Origin: Dicyema japonicum
Taxonomy: Eukaryota; Animalia; Dicyemida
NCBI GenBank assembly: GCA_011109175.1
Contig: RDEW01000012.1
Span: 1,215,220 to 1,279,219 of the forward strand
Length of the DNA stretch: 64,000 nucleotides
Direction: 5' to 3'
Within the stretch, counting starts at the first letter, position 1. Every line of letters begins with the position of its first letter. Below are positions 36,803 to 51,079 of this stretch, piece after piece. Position numbers and translations under genes: made by a program. The notes under the pieces were generated by a model. It saw only the letters and a list, made by a program, of their open reading frames with translations, was not told the DNA's origin and searched no databases.

Positions 36803-39269
36803 ATAATAACTGCCATTGTAATGCAAGAAAAGAACTCAACTATATTCGAGCAATAGTATTTAGAATAAACACATATTTAAATCAGAAGAAAAATGCTCTC
36901 CAAAATCTTACAATCGTCGATTTGACTATGATACTTAGATTATTGAAAGAAATTTCCGGCTAGTAGTTAGTTATCTGATCACTTATTTTTTGGAAACTAT
37001 AATCTTTTATTTTAAATGATATGCATAAACATGTCACGTTCCATGTGATTGCTAAAGTCTTAGTCGTTCTTCAAGACCTCTTCTCCAGTTGTCTCGATAG
37101 TTTTTGTCTGTCCATAAGGAGTTGGGACGTCTCGCCACACTCAGAAACCACGTGCCTGTGAAACTCAATGGTTCCTCCACTTGATCTCTATTGCCACAAC
37201 ACCCGTCAATTATGCCGATAGAAATAAATAGTTAGAACTTATTAAATATTCTTAAGAAAATAAGAGTCAATACTAAGACAATTCCGATCGAGATTCGCTC
37301 AAATAACGAGCAGAAGCAGCGCTCACAGGGATCTCCTATTCTTGCAGAAATCTAACCGCGTGGCCGATCACTGTTCTTGGGTGAAGGTTCTGTTGGAACG
37401 CGTCAGGATCAGGAATTAAATAGTTTGGCTTTACCCTTGGTCTATGTAAGCAACTTGTGATGGCTAGAATGCTAGCTGTCGCACGTAGAGAAGATTTTGT
37501 TTGCATTAAAAACTCAAAAATACTAATTAAAGTCGAAGAAGCCAAATGGCCTCTATCTTGCTGTAGTAAGCATAGTTCGTGCTAGCAGAAAAGATTTGTT
37601 CTGTCCATGAAATATTGTTTACTATTATATTCTATGGTTATTATAGGAAAGATTCGAAGTTACAGAAAATATTGCATCTTAAAATTAATAACATTAATAA
37701 AATAATTTTGATGTAAAAAATTTCACTTTTCCGTCGATTCTGTTATCGAATCAGTCAATTACCATATACAAGATAACAAATAATTTGAATTATTGTGGTT
37801 TCGCTTAAGTAAGCTTCAACTTACCTTGTTTATAATTTTCTAGTAATTCAAGAAAACCAATGCTATTTGATAATTTACCCAATTATTTATTCGTGTTTAT
37901 TTTTTCAACCCCAAGTTTACAATATTTGGTAATCTCAGGACATAAGTCACAACTAATCAATCTAAGGAAGGAACCGAAGTGAGAAAGTCTGCTTGTGCCA
38001 ACCAAAACTATCTTCCAATAGTCCATTACAGGGTTCCACTTCTGAAGAGAGATGAAGAAGTAGGTAAGCCCTATTCTATTTTCATCACATGTCCTATCGT
38101 CCGGGGATCACTTCATTCTTAGGCGGAAGAGTTTTCATAATGGAAATCTTCAGTTGTGATCAGGGTCTCTAACCGACCACACATTATAGAAAATCAAAAA
38201 ATTAAAAAAATAACAAAAAATTTATTCATCATTATTATTAGTCAAAACACCAAATATTAATTATGAAAAAAGTAGCTATCACGTGATTGCAGTCTATATC
38301 AATACTAAGATTTAAGTGCCTCATAGTACCAGAGTCGTTTGACAAGTTTGAACTACATCTACTCGCATGTACTAGGTCCACATCATAGAGTCTTAAACAA
38401 AGTCTTTACGGACGCGTCTGGTTTCCCCTTTGTACTCAAATCAGATAAAAAAATTTTTTCAACAAGCTCGATTAACAACTGATATGATTTCTGATAAATG
38501 TAATGAATTTTAAAATCAATTCTTTTTAACGAAAATAAAGGCAGTAATAAAAATAAGAAAAATCATTTGTCATAAGTAGTTAGTCGAAAACTGTAATCCA
38601 CCCCAAGACCACAAAAGTTAATACATAACCTTAGTAAGTACGACCAGAAATGTGGCAAAAATTCCTCAATTTTAAGGTTTTCCTAAAAATGGGTCATTTT
38701 AAAAAGCTAAATAAAAAATATAGAAAAATTAAATTTTTATTTTTTGATTAATAAATCTGTCATTTTCATGTTATTTTGTTATTTTATTCGTAGTTAGTTT
38801 GAGAATATCTTGGTGAGTACAATATAATGCATTGTAATGACTTCCTTACAAACGAGAAAGGGCACATGTTGACGCATGGTTTTCGTTATTCCAATAGTAA
38901 TGACTTGGGAAGAAATTGCAATTAGTACCACAAGGCTATCTAAACAGTTAGGGTAGATAGAAAGGTCTATCTACAGTCCATTGTTTTAAAACGGACCCTA
39001 GAGAGTATGACACTGGAGTATAGGAAGCAAAGCCAGGAGATATCATATGGGCAGGGAGTTTAATTGAACAAGGCGCACTCGGAGCTGTTTAAGCAACCAG
39101 AATAGAATCTGGTTATGAGGCTGGCGAAAATATAGGTGAGGAAGTTGTTGATTATTAAATATTAATTTTTCGTTGTTTAAACAAAGCTGGGTTTAAATTT
39201 CGTTACTTATTTTCCCAATTTTGGGTTTTATTACTAAAAGAAATTTAATTATTACTATAATTTATTACT

Positions 39270-39610
39270 GGGAAGAGAAGACCTGGGCGACCAAGGACTC
39301 GGTGGCTATCCACGGTGGAAGACGTCACGAGAATGCCTATATCAAGGCTACTCCAAATTGCAACGGATCGGGGAGAGTGGAGGAAACTCGTTCATGAGAT
39401 CTCCAAGGGTCGGACGCGACTAAATTGGACAACATAACATAATTTATTAACACAGCCATCCATAGTGGATGTCACTATTGTAACAGAGATCAACTGGAGA
39501 AGCCACCGAATCTCACGTGCATCGTGGCTTTTTAGTGTAGCTAGGCGCCCAAGTCTCTTTAGAAAGCGAAGCAATTTTCCACTTATTACTCCAGACGTCT
39601 CGACCACAAT
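39270..39610. mobile_element. RTE-1/BovB-like 3' end (+) abutting a CRE 3' end (-)
   Basis: Plus strand: GKRRPGRPRTRWLSTVED...WRKLVHEISKGRTRL. Minus strand: VETSGVISG...FLKRLG...REIRWLLQLISV. Confidence 0.65.
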
Positions 39611-40929
39611 TGGATAGAACGCGAATCGGTCGCGTAGCGCTTATTACTATAAAAATGATAAATTCTCCCAAAAATCGAGGTTCCCCAAAACGAGGTGGGA
39701 CTGTATATATCTATACCCAAAATATTCCCCGATACACAGCTATAATTGATACTCTTATAGGTAATTCAGTCTGGCTGGCAAAAGTATTTTTTGCAATAAA
39801 ATCTATAATTTGAAGAATAATGTTAGGAAAAATTATCGTAATTACGTCTCTGATGTTAAATTTACATTTTTCTCCCACATTGAGGCCATTTGGCAGTTAT
39901 TAATTTTATTAAACCAAAAAAGTAAAATTAACTACATCTTCTAGGGAGTTATTCTCACTAGCCTACTTTATGTGTTTATTTTATTGTGTGCAAGGTGGTT
40001 TTTCTCCCCGAAGAGGGAGAAGATCTTATCTCTCCTAGAGAAGACTAGGAGAGCTGCAATTAAGCTCTCCTTAAAAAGAAACTGAAAGACTGTCTAAGCG
40101 AGTACGAAAACAAGCTATTAGAACCGATAAGCATGATTGTGGAAGATCGGATCAATGGTTTCAGGAGGAGATCAAAGTCCAGGATACGTATATAAAGCTG
40201 GGAGAAATGTCCTGAAAAAAAATTTTTAAAAGAAGAAAGGGTCCAGATGTGGAGTCCATGCCCATAAAAAGAAACGGGTTTATTTTTTAAAAAGTTTATG
40301 ATGTCATTAATTCTAATATATTATATTTTCGTCGAAATCAAATCTAATCTCTTTTTCTATTTGAAAAAATTTTTGATATAATTTATTGCTTTGAAAGAGC
40401 CAGGGATAAATTATCGGTTTCTAAAAGTATTTAGACATTTGTTTTAGAGTGAAAACTCTGATGTCTTTTATATCTTCGTTCGGAAAATTAGTCTACACAA
40501 GCAAAAAACTGGATAGTCTATTTAAAAATATCAAGAAATCAAAATTCTATACCATTTCTCATTCAATATTCGAATAGTGTCATTCTAAGTGGGACACTGC
40601 CTTTCAAAATGAAATAGTGTCATTCAAAAAGAGTAAATGATGTCGATTAGCAAATAGTGATTAGTGTGCTTTATTGGAGATGAGATTTTCGATTATAAAC
40701 TCAAATTGAGATTTTGTATAATAATGCATGTTGTACTGATTAAAGATATTAAAGTTGACTTGTAATTAACTTGTTTTTTTTCGAACTTGAATTGTTTTTT
40801 GTTGTGCTTAAAGTAAACTTTTAGGAACTTCATTATCTTAGAAGTCTGGCGTCAAATAAAGAAGGGTGGAAGTCATTAATTAACAGTATCATCCAAACGC
40901 GGCTAGTATAAAATTATAACTTAGATGAC

Positions 40930-42190
40930 TATGCCTGCTTGATAAGTAAGCCAAAATCCGCCTTATACTGAATGAAACCTGGATAACCTAAGGAAGATCC
41001 GGCATCATTTAGATCTGTGTCATTGTTATGTTCCGTATCGAAAATCCTGGAGAAGCTAGTGCTTGAGAATCAAGGCTTTATTACCAGAAAAATTTTCAAC
41101 ACGGAGTCAAGAGCGTTTGTTCTACATCAACATACCTACAAAAATTAACCAACTTCATTATAGATGGATTTTCTAACAAACCAAGGCATTTGAAAAGTCT
41201 TATGTTCCATTGATATTAACAAGGCCTTTGATTCTATTTCGGGAAAAATATTATCAAAAAAAATTTTTCAGTCCGAGATCTAAGGTAAGCTAAAACTTTG
41301 GATAACAAAATTCTTAAATGAACGAAGGGACGTGTATGCTTTGGAGGACTGAAATCAGTCTCGCGTCTTCTCCCAAACGGTGTCCCCAAAGATCTCCTTT
41401 ATCCCCGCCTTATTCAAGTTTTACCTGGCCTACCTCCTGAAACCGGAATCCAATAACGATGTTCTACTCTCATATGCGGACGACATTGTTTTGGCTTCGT
41501 GTGATCGGGATATCCAAAATGCTACAGAAAGATTACAAATTAACCTGGACCGACTCAACGCCTGCGTAATAAAGAACCGACTCACGGTAACTTCCAGAAA
41601 GTCGATCATGTCTATGTTTACTTTGGACGAAAGGTTGGGGAACAAGAATGTCACCTTAATATTGGACAACGTTGAAATCCCTTTAAGCAAATGTCAGAAG
41701 ATCCTGGGCGTGATACTTGATACGCACTTATGTTTGTCACCACACGTGGCAAACATTGTTCTGAAGTGCGAAAAGATCAATGATTTGAAATGTTTATCTG
41801 GAATATGGAAGACCTGTACCCACCCGGTTTTGATAGAAATCTACAAACAATACATTGAACCATGCTTCTCGTACGCGTGTGCTTCGTGGATCTTCATTTC
41901 CATAAACGAATACCAAGAAAATCGAGGACGTACAAAAGAAGGCTTTCAGAATCACGGAGCAGTAGACTTGTGGGAGACACAGAACCGGACCGACTACTCT
42001 AGAGGCCAAACTAACTTTCGGCATGGGGAAAAGTAGCCTACAAATACAGTCATACAGTCAGCCGCCAGTACGAGCTTGTCTGAGCACGAGAGAGTAGCAC
42101 CGGGAAAGGATGAGGATTTTGGTGGAACGCATCGGAATCACGTGATAGTTAATTTGGTTTTACCGTGGTCTTGGGTGTTAAATAAACTAA
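40930..42190 (+). mobile_element. 5'-truncated I/Jockey-group LINE (RT to 3' end)
   Basis: PASFRSVSLLCSVSKILEKLV, DINKAFDSI, LLSYADDIV, KILGVILD, YKQYIEPCFSYACASW, RILVERIGIT* and the family 3' motif. Confidence 0.85.
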
Positions 42191-44000
42191 AAAAAATAAC
42201 AAATATAATAGTATAAATAAGACATACTCCAATTATTTCCACTTGATGACCACTAATATAAGTCTTCCATAGCAACGTTAAGTTCTTGATGGAGCCATAG
42301 AACAAAACCCCAGGCATAAGTAAAACTGTAAATTTTCGAACATCATTCACCTCAGCATAAAAGGCCTTATTATTATAAAAGGCATTACAAAAAAATCCAC
42401 TGAAATTATTTTTATTTTTTAAATATTAAAAATTAAAATTAAACAGTTAAAAGAGCGTTTGATTTGAAAGCTTGAATGGCCATTCTGTTTGCTATGAGAA
42501 TGGCCATCGAGATGCGCTCTGGAAACATTGAGCCAATCCGACGGACTAGATCTAATTAATTAGTTTTAAATAAAATTAATTTATTTTGGATTACTGATGG
42601 CTCATTGGCCTTTCTTGCCATCCACAAAATTGATATTGCAATTTTACAAGAAACAAATCTCTTCAAAAAATCAACCCTTCCAAAATTCAACATAAGTAGA
42701 TGGATTTGATAGGCACAAGTAGACGTTTTCCTTGGATTTCTCCTTGGATTAATTAGTTTTTGTACTGAGCATACAAAATGATTGTAAGCTAGGGGTAATT
42801 AATAAATAAATAGATTGTTTCCAGTTTTCACGATCGGAATAAGACTTAAATGCAATCTCATATGTTTTTCTGGCCATAGGGCTTCATTGGAAGAACATTG
42901 GTTTCCACGAGTAAGAACATTAGTTCCATTTGCATTTTAAATATAAAAAACGGAGAAACAAAAAGCAGTTTGTTTGAAATATGGATATATCAGCCATTTT
43001 CTCTGCAATGCTCGCTGTTGCTTAAAAAAGTTTCGAACCAATGCTTAGAAAGTGATATACCTTTTTTTAGTGAGGACCTGCCTAGTGTTGAAACTCTCAG
43101 GTCATTGCTGAACTAAGCTAAACAGTGTCTCATGGCATACTACCTCTTCTTCCACTTATATAAACACCTTCTATGGCATTATCTCCTTATCTCTTAGCTT
43201 TTTCATGGGGCGATTTTCAGCACCACTGGGTTGTATCGCTTCATTTGTCGGATCAAATCAGAGAAAATCAATACACGAGGGAAATAAATACAGAAGACTG
43301 TAGAAAGGAAAAACATCCGTCCCCCCGCACGCAATCGGCGCAAGCGCTACATCGTCGTCATAACATAAATGCGGTATAGGAATTCACAGCGAACCCGCAT
43401 CTGCCATCGATTAAATCCATGAGTTCGAAGTCTCCAACACTGTCAATTAAACACAGTGATCACTGGAGAACCCCGCAAATCGTTCTGGCTAAGGCAACGA
43501 ATCGAGATTGCCATATTCCGTGAAAACATATACACGATCCTATCTGCAAAAGCTTAATTATTTAAATTTTTTTTGTTAATAAATTATTCCCTCCCCCCAA
43601 AAAAAATCAATATTTTAAGTTAAATTATTATTAATCAATATTTGATTAAAATGTTAATTTACATTTGGCCAGCTGGTTGTGGTTAGTTGGCTAAACAAAG
43701 AATGACGTTGGGCCACTAAAGTGGTTCATAACCATAAAAGGAAAACGGTTAATTTTAATAAAATACTCGTCGAGTTATTTTTTTATTCATTAGCAAGTTC
43801 TTCCATTTCTTTCACTAGCAAGTTCTCCAATCAAAATGTACAGCAGCTAGATTCTATGACTTCGAAACGCAATACTCTGTCTTGCAAGAATACCAAATTC
43901 AACGTTATCGTTACTTCGCTTCATCGCTCATAGTGACAGCACTCTTCTCAGTATTATAATTAAACTCATCATTATCACGTGGAATCTAATTTTGCGACTA

Positions 44001-45234
44001 CAGTGGTGACACATTTATATGGGACAAAAAATTATATGGGACGGGACAAAATGTATAAATGGGACACTATAACCAATGTATTAACAATTGTCAATATTTG
44101 CATTTTTTGTAGTAAATTTATATAAATTATTTAACAATTTTAAATATATCGCTAATATATATGGACAATTTTTAAAGAATTAAATCAATATTTTTTGTTA
44201 TTAACCTTATGACGTCAAACAAGAGAAATGAACTTGATTTTAATACCAGAAACAAGATTGCTGAAAAAATCATAGAACAAAAAAGTTCTTATAGAGTAAT
44301 TGCCCAAGGATATGGAACTAACAAAACAGTCGTGGGAAGAATAGCTAAGAATTTAGACAAATATACAAATTTCGATAACAGGGACGTTATCCGAACAAAA
44401 TATATTCCAAGATTTGGTTCTTTGAACGAGTATTTGATTGGGGCCATTTCAAAATTAAGATCGCTGATGTGGCTCTCAGTTATTTTAACATTAAAGTTCT
44501 CGCACTTAAAAATAATGATAATTCACTCAAGGGTTGAAAACAGTGGTTTTCATCATTCAAATGTCATTATAATATGAAATATAAACGGTTATCTGGAGAA
44601 GCTGCAAGTACTGATCATGAATCTGCATTCATATTTGCAGAATCATTTTGTCTAAATCGTGCTTATTCTCCAGAAAATATTTATAACTGTGATGATACAT
44701 GCATTTATTTGAGAGGGCAACATAGCTATTCGTATGTACTACAGTCATCAAATGCAATGAAAAAAGACAATGAAAAAATTACAGCATTGTTTTGTTGTTC
44801 AATGAATGGAGAAATTTGCAATCCATTATTTATTGGTAAAAGTAAAATCTTCGGTGCTTTAAGCAATATGATCTTAAAGCGAACAATATTAAATATGTAG
44901 CAATTAAGACTGCTTGGTTAACGAAAGACATTTTCTCACTATATATTAATGAACTGAATAATAATTTTATTAAAGAAAATCGACACATTCTTTTGTTAAT
45001 GGACAATTTTAGCGGTCATAATATTGAAGAGCCAAGTAATATCAAATTTAATACCACTCCTCCAAATACCAGTTCGATAATTCAACTTTTAGATATGGGA
45101 ATTATTAAAGTAATTAAAAGTAAATACAAAGTTCAACTTTGAAATAAATTTGTTGATTAAAAAGAATTAAAATATTATATGGGACGATTTTTTAAAAATA
45201 CCTTTTTTTGTCCCATATAAACGTGTCACTACTG
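44001..45234 (+). mobile_element. pogo/Tigger-like DNA transposon, degraded transposase
   Basis: TIRs CAGTGGTGACACATTTATATGGGACAAAAAA and CAGTAGTGACACGTTTATATGGGACAAAAAA, with TA flanks. Motifs include an HTH (RNELDFNTRNKIA), LSGEAAS, IYNCDDT, KITALFCCSMNGE, LLMDNFSGH and PPNTSSIIQL. Confidence 0.9.
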
Positions 45235-46699
45235 TAGTTGCATCCTATTATCACCAACAGTGTAGAGTTCCACGTACTCTGGATTTCTGATGCTCCTAAA
45301 CAACTTTTCATCTTCTCTTTTCTGAGCTTTTTCTTGCAACGATTTTGACCACTGGATTGCATTCGCTTCATTTGTCGAATCAAATTAATGGAAATCAATA
45401 CACGATGGAGATCAAAACAGAAGACTTCAAAGAAAGACATCCGTCGCCTCGCACGCGATCGACGCAAGCATAGCATCGTCGTCATAACAACGAGAACGTC
45501 ACTGACTGCCCTTATGAAGAGCGGTATGAAAATTCACAGAGAACACGCACCTGTCATCAATTAAATCCGTGCAATCCAAATTATCAGCGCTGTCACGATG
45601 TGGGAGATATCGAAGATATTATCATTTTAGATCACTAGCAGTCGATCTTGTCTATGATGAAAAACATAGAGAGAAAAGTGAGTATAACTTAAAAACGTGA
45701 ACTCTATGACTTGGATCTGCTTCCCCTTACAGCGTGCTGCTCTTATGGCCCCCTCTTGGTAAGTCTCTTGATCTACATGAAGTTGGATGGTTTTTAGAGG
45801 GTATATGGATAGCTATTGTAAAAAGAAACAGTCTGCCGATTCAAGCTCTATAGATTCTAATATTTGGTTTTATTCGTCAACCTATTAGTTAAGTAATCCA
45901 GATGTTCTTATGTTTCAATTGTAACAAATATAACTCTAATAAAAAAGAAAAATTAGATTATACTTAAAAAAGTAAAATTAGTAACAATGGGAGTTAAATT
46001 CACCCGACAATACACGAAATAAAAGTAACATAAAAGTTAAGTCAGACAATGCAAACAATGATATCAAATAAATTAGCTTTCAGTGTTTTGCATTATTATT
46101 TTTTTATCTTATTTCTTGAATGAAACTGACTGTCGATGACAAGCAATGAATTAAACATATAATACGTCAACATGTGGTAACTCACCTGCTTGCTTACTCT
46201 TCAGGTAATTTATTCTAAAATTAACTGAGTCGACAATCGCTAGAATTAATAAATTTTGTCTTATTCAATACTTCAACCATTTTTAGATTAAATTAAAAAA
46301 ATAATCAATATTTTAAATTATATTATTATTAATTAAAATGTTGATGTGCTAATTGGCCAAAAATGATGAGATATTGTGACCCATTAATGTGGTTCATAGC
46401 CATAAAAGGAAAAAGGTTAATTTTTAATAATATTCCTCATATGTTTTTTTTCAAAAAATGTATTTTCTTGCGTGTCAATAAGCTCTAATTGTAGTTCTTG
46501 GCTAAAGGGATTTTCAGAATGCAGTTTTATTCTTAATTTTTCCTGATTCAAAAATCTGCCGGAAAACTTTAGAACAAAATATATCTCAAGTGATCCTATT
46601 TCTTGTAGTTTTAAGCAAAAATTAATACATGTTTGTTTTCGCTGAAAAAGATGAAATATTAGCTAAGTACAAAATATTCCATGTTTTTTTACTGTAGTT

Positions 46700-47200
46700 T
46701 GAAGCTTAATTATGTGTCAAGAATATCAACTGAGAAAGAAAATTTTGCGAATTCTTCAAGAATTGACAAATGTGGTGATGAAAGAAGGTTCATTTTCAAC
46801 AAGGAAACAAAGCTTTCAGCATTAAATACTTTCCTAACTGCCTTTTGTTAATTTGTGGGCATAAAAATCAGGTTAAATTGCCTTTATTTGCCGAGTATAT
46901 GGTTCCCAACAAGCAAACTTGAAAGAAAAAAAACCGATTACTCTGGAACTGGTGACGCCAGAGGAGAGCACTCTTCTCTATCTGGTCTACATATCAAATT
47001 TTGATGAGTGTCACCGTTTTAACGAACTCGTGTTCGAGAGGGTTACCCAACTTGGATCCCTAGATCAGCTAGACTTGTCGCGGCCCATTGTTTTTCGAGG
47101 CTGATCATTAAGTTGATCGAGGACGGACTCGTGATGCTTGCATCAACTTCCTCTGTTTTGCCTCCTGTTCTGAGCGCACCCGACTGATCTGCAGGAAGTG
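46700..47200 (+). mobile_element. Probable L1/Tx1-like ORF2 C-terminal remnant, duplicated at 57000-57450 (-)
   Basis: PEESTL..FDECHRFNEL resembles a degenerate zinc knuckle, followed by LVAAHCFSRLIIK. The resemblance is weak. Confidence 0.35.
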
Positions 47201-48269
47201 AATCTTAACTCAGTCATAAAACTACGAAAACGTTATTCAGTGACTCGAATCGTGTCAGAGTAAAGACCCTGATAATTCATTGGAATAGCTTCCTTGATTG
47301 CTTAGATATAAAAATAATTTTATCCGATTTTTACAAGTTTTTTTTATGTTTAGAGAAAATTTTAATTTGTTAAATTTAATGATTCCGGGGTTATAATCAA
47401 CGGTTAAATATCATTAAATCGCGTGAACTGATCAATTTTTAGAATAAATACATATTTAGACATCACTACATAATTAATAGACAATACTGGCATTGAGTTG
47501 ACATTACAAAGTGCACGCTAACAATATCTTCAACAATAACTCTATCCGAGACACTCAACCTTCCGATTAATCAAATCCACTAACTACAAGAACATCTGTA
47601 CGTCTCTTACTACCTCAAAGAACACTCTTGAAATTCCTTATCAGAAACACGAACTTAGAAATAAATTTAAAACTTTGTGTACACACATACAATACCAGGC
47701 AAATAGAGACAAAAATAGGGAGCACAAACCAGGACATAGAATCTTTATTCCACCAACTTAAAAAAAATCTATAGCTTATTGCTTTCGCTGATTTTAAAAA
47801 GCTTATGTGCGCGTGCAATCATGTAAAATACCGAACCTTCTACTAGTTTGCTATAACAACGAATTGGTTATCTTCCAAATATAGATATTTATTGCATCAC
47901 ATATGAGTGATTTAATTAATAAATAAAACATCGAAAACCAATGAAATAAACAATTTTAATACCAACTCTCTACGCGCGACCAGTCAATCAATGTCAAATT
48001 AACTTAAAAATTAAAAATCATTATTCAAATGTTTTTCACATACTTTTTTATATAAATTAAATTATTCCGAAGACCAAGGGTAACCAACTAACTCCTTGAT
48101 CCTGAATCGTTCCAGAACTTGTATTCTGTAAAGTTTTACTCATTAGCGGAAAGAAATGAGAGCAAATGGTTGAAATGAATATGCAAATTCGGAAAACAAT
48201 CTATTAAATCAAATTTCTTTTATTTTCAAACGAAAAAATTAATTTAGACAATAATTAGGACGACAGAAT

Positions 48270-49250
48270 GGCGATGGCGTTACCTCTGATAATCGCCATT
48301 TCGAGCCTCTGCCTCAACCAGAGTCCCTCCCGTGGCTCGCATTTTTTTGAGGCGAGTTTGCTCCAATGCTGTGGAGAAGGGCGTCTGTCTTCGCGCCTAC
48401 AGTTCTAGTGTCTCGACAGCAATAAGGGCGAAATGGTAGTGGCCTTCGAGGGATTCGTACTTATGGATCTACTTGACCTCCGCCTGGTCGGCTGCGTCTC
48501 CAGTAGAGTGCGTCGCCGTCAGTAATCTGGATCCTGAGAAGGTGTCCACACACGTTGAGTCCCAGACGAGTGATTTTTCGTAGGAGTATGGGAATAACGT
48601 CATTCCATCCGGCCTTTCCTGTCGCCTCTGTCTAAGCCCAATGTTTCCAATTGAGCCGGAAATTTCGCAGCCTTGAGGGCTCAAAATATGATGTCACTGA
48701 AAGGTGCGTGGCGCGGGGCTCGACCAGTATTTAGTCGGCAAAAGAGTAAATGTAAGACTTTCGTATTAACGTCCCAGCCGCAACGGCATTTGTGTCTCTG
48801 GAATATGTCCAATCCTCGGCGCAGTGCGACCCCGATCCTCATGCTGTTTTCGTCAAGGAGGGTCCCCAGCACGGTAGGGCCTCGAGCCAGATTCCATTTC
48901 CGCGATGTGCAACCGACTTAATGCTTGCTAGTGAGTGTTGGTTGGCTTTTTTCTTAGCGGCATCCAGAGTGCTCATACATGAAGTTGAGTCCCAACTCTT
49001 CTGGGAAGCGAAGTTCGACGGGAATTCCAAGTCCAACTCACCCCGCAACTTGCAATATCTGTCAAGCTCCAAGTCCAAGGTATGTCCGATTACGTTACAT
49101 AGGACTGCTTGGACCAAGCGACATCCGTCGCATAGGATAAAAAGTAGGCAGGGTTCAAGATAGGATCTCAACCCAATGCCCCCATCTATTAAATTAAGAG
49201 CCCATTTATATTCTTTATTATGGGAAGAATCTCCGTAGGTGTATACAATC
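48270..49250 (-). mobile_element. CRE-clade non-LTR retrotransposon 3' half
   Basis: GGIGLR, QKSWD, GIWLEALP, LDENSMRIGVALRRG...HKCRCG, RPDGMTLFPYSYEKSLVWDSTCVDT and an end ..QRLEMAIIRGNA. Confidence 0.85.
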
Positions 49251-49289
49251 AATATAAAACTTTCGAAGTCTTTAATCTCATCGTAAACA

Positions 49290-49830
49290 AATTAGCACAC
49301 AATTACGTGTGAGACTATACAATGCCTTCGTGAAACCAGTTTTAATGTACAACGCTGCAACCTGGGGTGTCTCAGAAGCGGTAATGGACAAACTAGATGC
49401 CTTCAATCGTAAGCAACTCCGATGTTGCTTGGCATCAACTGGCAAAAAAAATTACAAACAAGAATCTATACAAAGTATGCAATACAAGATCATTGAGTCT
49501 GGATATCCAGGAATCAAGATGGCGTCTGTTTGGTCACATCCTTCGAATGAGCCAGATGACGCCTGCTAAAATAGCAATGGAGAACTATTTCTGCCCAGAA
49601 GTGAATACCTCGTTCCGTGGAAGACCTCGCATAACTTTACCAGAGGTTCTACACAAGGACCTGACCAATGTAGGACGAAAGCTGAAAACTGGAGATGATC
49701 TGGATACGCTCGGAATAACTGCCTGTAACCGCAGAGCATGGAAGAAGTTAGTCAAGAGAATTGTGGAAGAAAAAATAACCTGAAGAAAAATACGGCACAA
49801 GCGGAACCTTAATTAAATAAATTACAAAGT
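49290..49830 (+). mobile_element. RTE-clade LINE 3' fragment
   Basis: RLYNAFVKPVLMYNAATWG, RWRLFGHILRM, RGRPRITLP and NRRAWKKLV, followed by a TAA-rich tail. Confidence 0.85.
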
Positions 49831-50829
49831 GCTATTAATAATAATAAAGTCTTTAGACAAAAATGGTTGCAAGAGTCACAAGTAGATATCAAGAATAACA
49901 TTTTGTTTAATACCATGGTATTTTTCGTAAATTAATTTGCACATTTTGGAAACACCAGGATGTCTGATAGAATGTTCCTTAGCTAAAATTGAGTTTATTC
50001 TAGTTTCTTGAAAGGAGGTACAAAAGTTTCCATTAAGTAAAAAAGTAATTCTCAATTTAATAGTTTTAAATTATGACATTTCTGTAATTTATAATTTTCA
50101 TTATTTCAAACAGTGTATATTGTATGAAGAAACCATAGCAAAATGAAACGTGCAATAATATATTTTTTAAAAAGAAATGAAAAATATTAAAAAATTATAA
50201 AATATTCAAAATATTATTTCAAAATTGTATTCAACGTTTATTTCATTTAAATAAGGAGAAAGGGACCAATCGCTCGACCGTAGCAAAACTTAAATATTGT
50301 TAATGATTACAAGTGATGAACTGGTCATGTCAACCTATACAGTATCGAAAGTCCAAACGATATACGACAATTCTTGAGAATTTTTTTATAACGACATCAA
50401 CGGTAAACATTTTTTCATTTATAGATTTCTGTCTTTTAATTTTATAAAAAAATTACAATTTAGTGTTTAAATCATTCCGTCTTATTTATCATTAGATACA
50501 AATTAAGAAACATCAGTTTTATTGAGTTTTTTAAGTATTATATCTCTTTTTTGTAACTCTTTTATTTATTCATACTATAAATACAAAAATTAAAAATTTT
50601 CGATTTTATATATAAAATTTCTTTTGTTTAGGAACGATTACTTATTTTAAGTTTAGTATTCAGCTCTGGACAGTTCGAATTACTGAGTTGTTCTCATGTG
50701 TTTTATTTATTGTAGCACTTTAATGATCATTAAAATTAGTTCACGTAAAGTATCAGATCAGGGATGATAAGTCAAACTTATCATTGCAAGACAAATGGTT
50801 ACCGCCCTAATTTCGGAGGAAAGATGATT

Positions 50830-51060
50830 TTTTTAATTTTGTCTAGAAACATGTTCGACGTTGTATGGACAAAAATGAGAGACCTGAAATCGGTCTCATA
50901 TTTTTGAAAAAAAAATAATTTTTTAATTTTTTCTAGAAACATGTTCGACGTTGTATGGATAAAAAATGAGAGACCTGAAATCGGTCTCATATTTTTGAAA
51001 AAAAAATAATTTTTTAATTTTTTCTAAAAACATGTTCGACTTAGTATGGAGATATATTGG
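50830..51060. repeat. About 90-bp tandem repeat, 2.6 copies
   Basis: CTAGAAACATGTTCGAC recurs at 50843 and 50933, with a variant at 51024. The two full units contain the hairpin GAGACC-TGAAATC-GGTCTC. Confidence 0.8.
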
Positions 51061-51079
51061 AGACATTGACATCGGTCCC

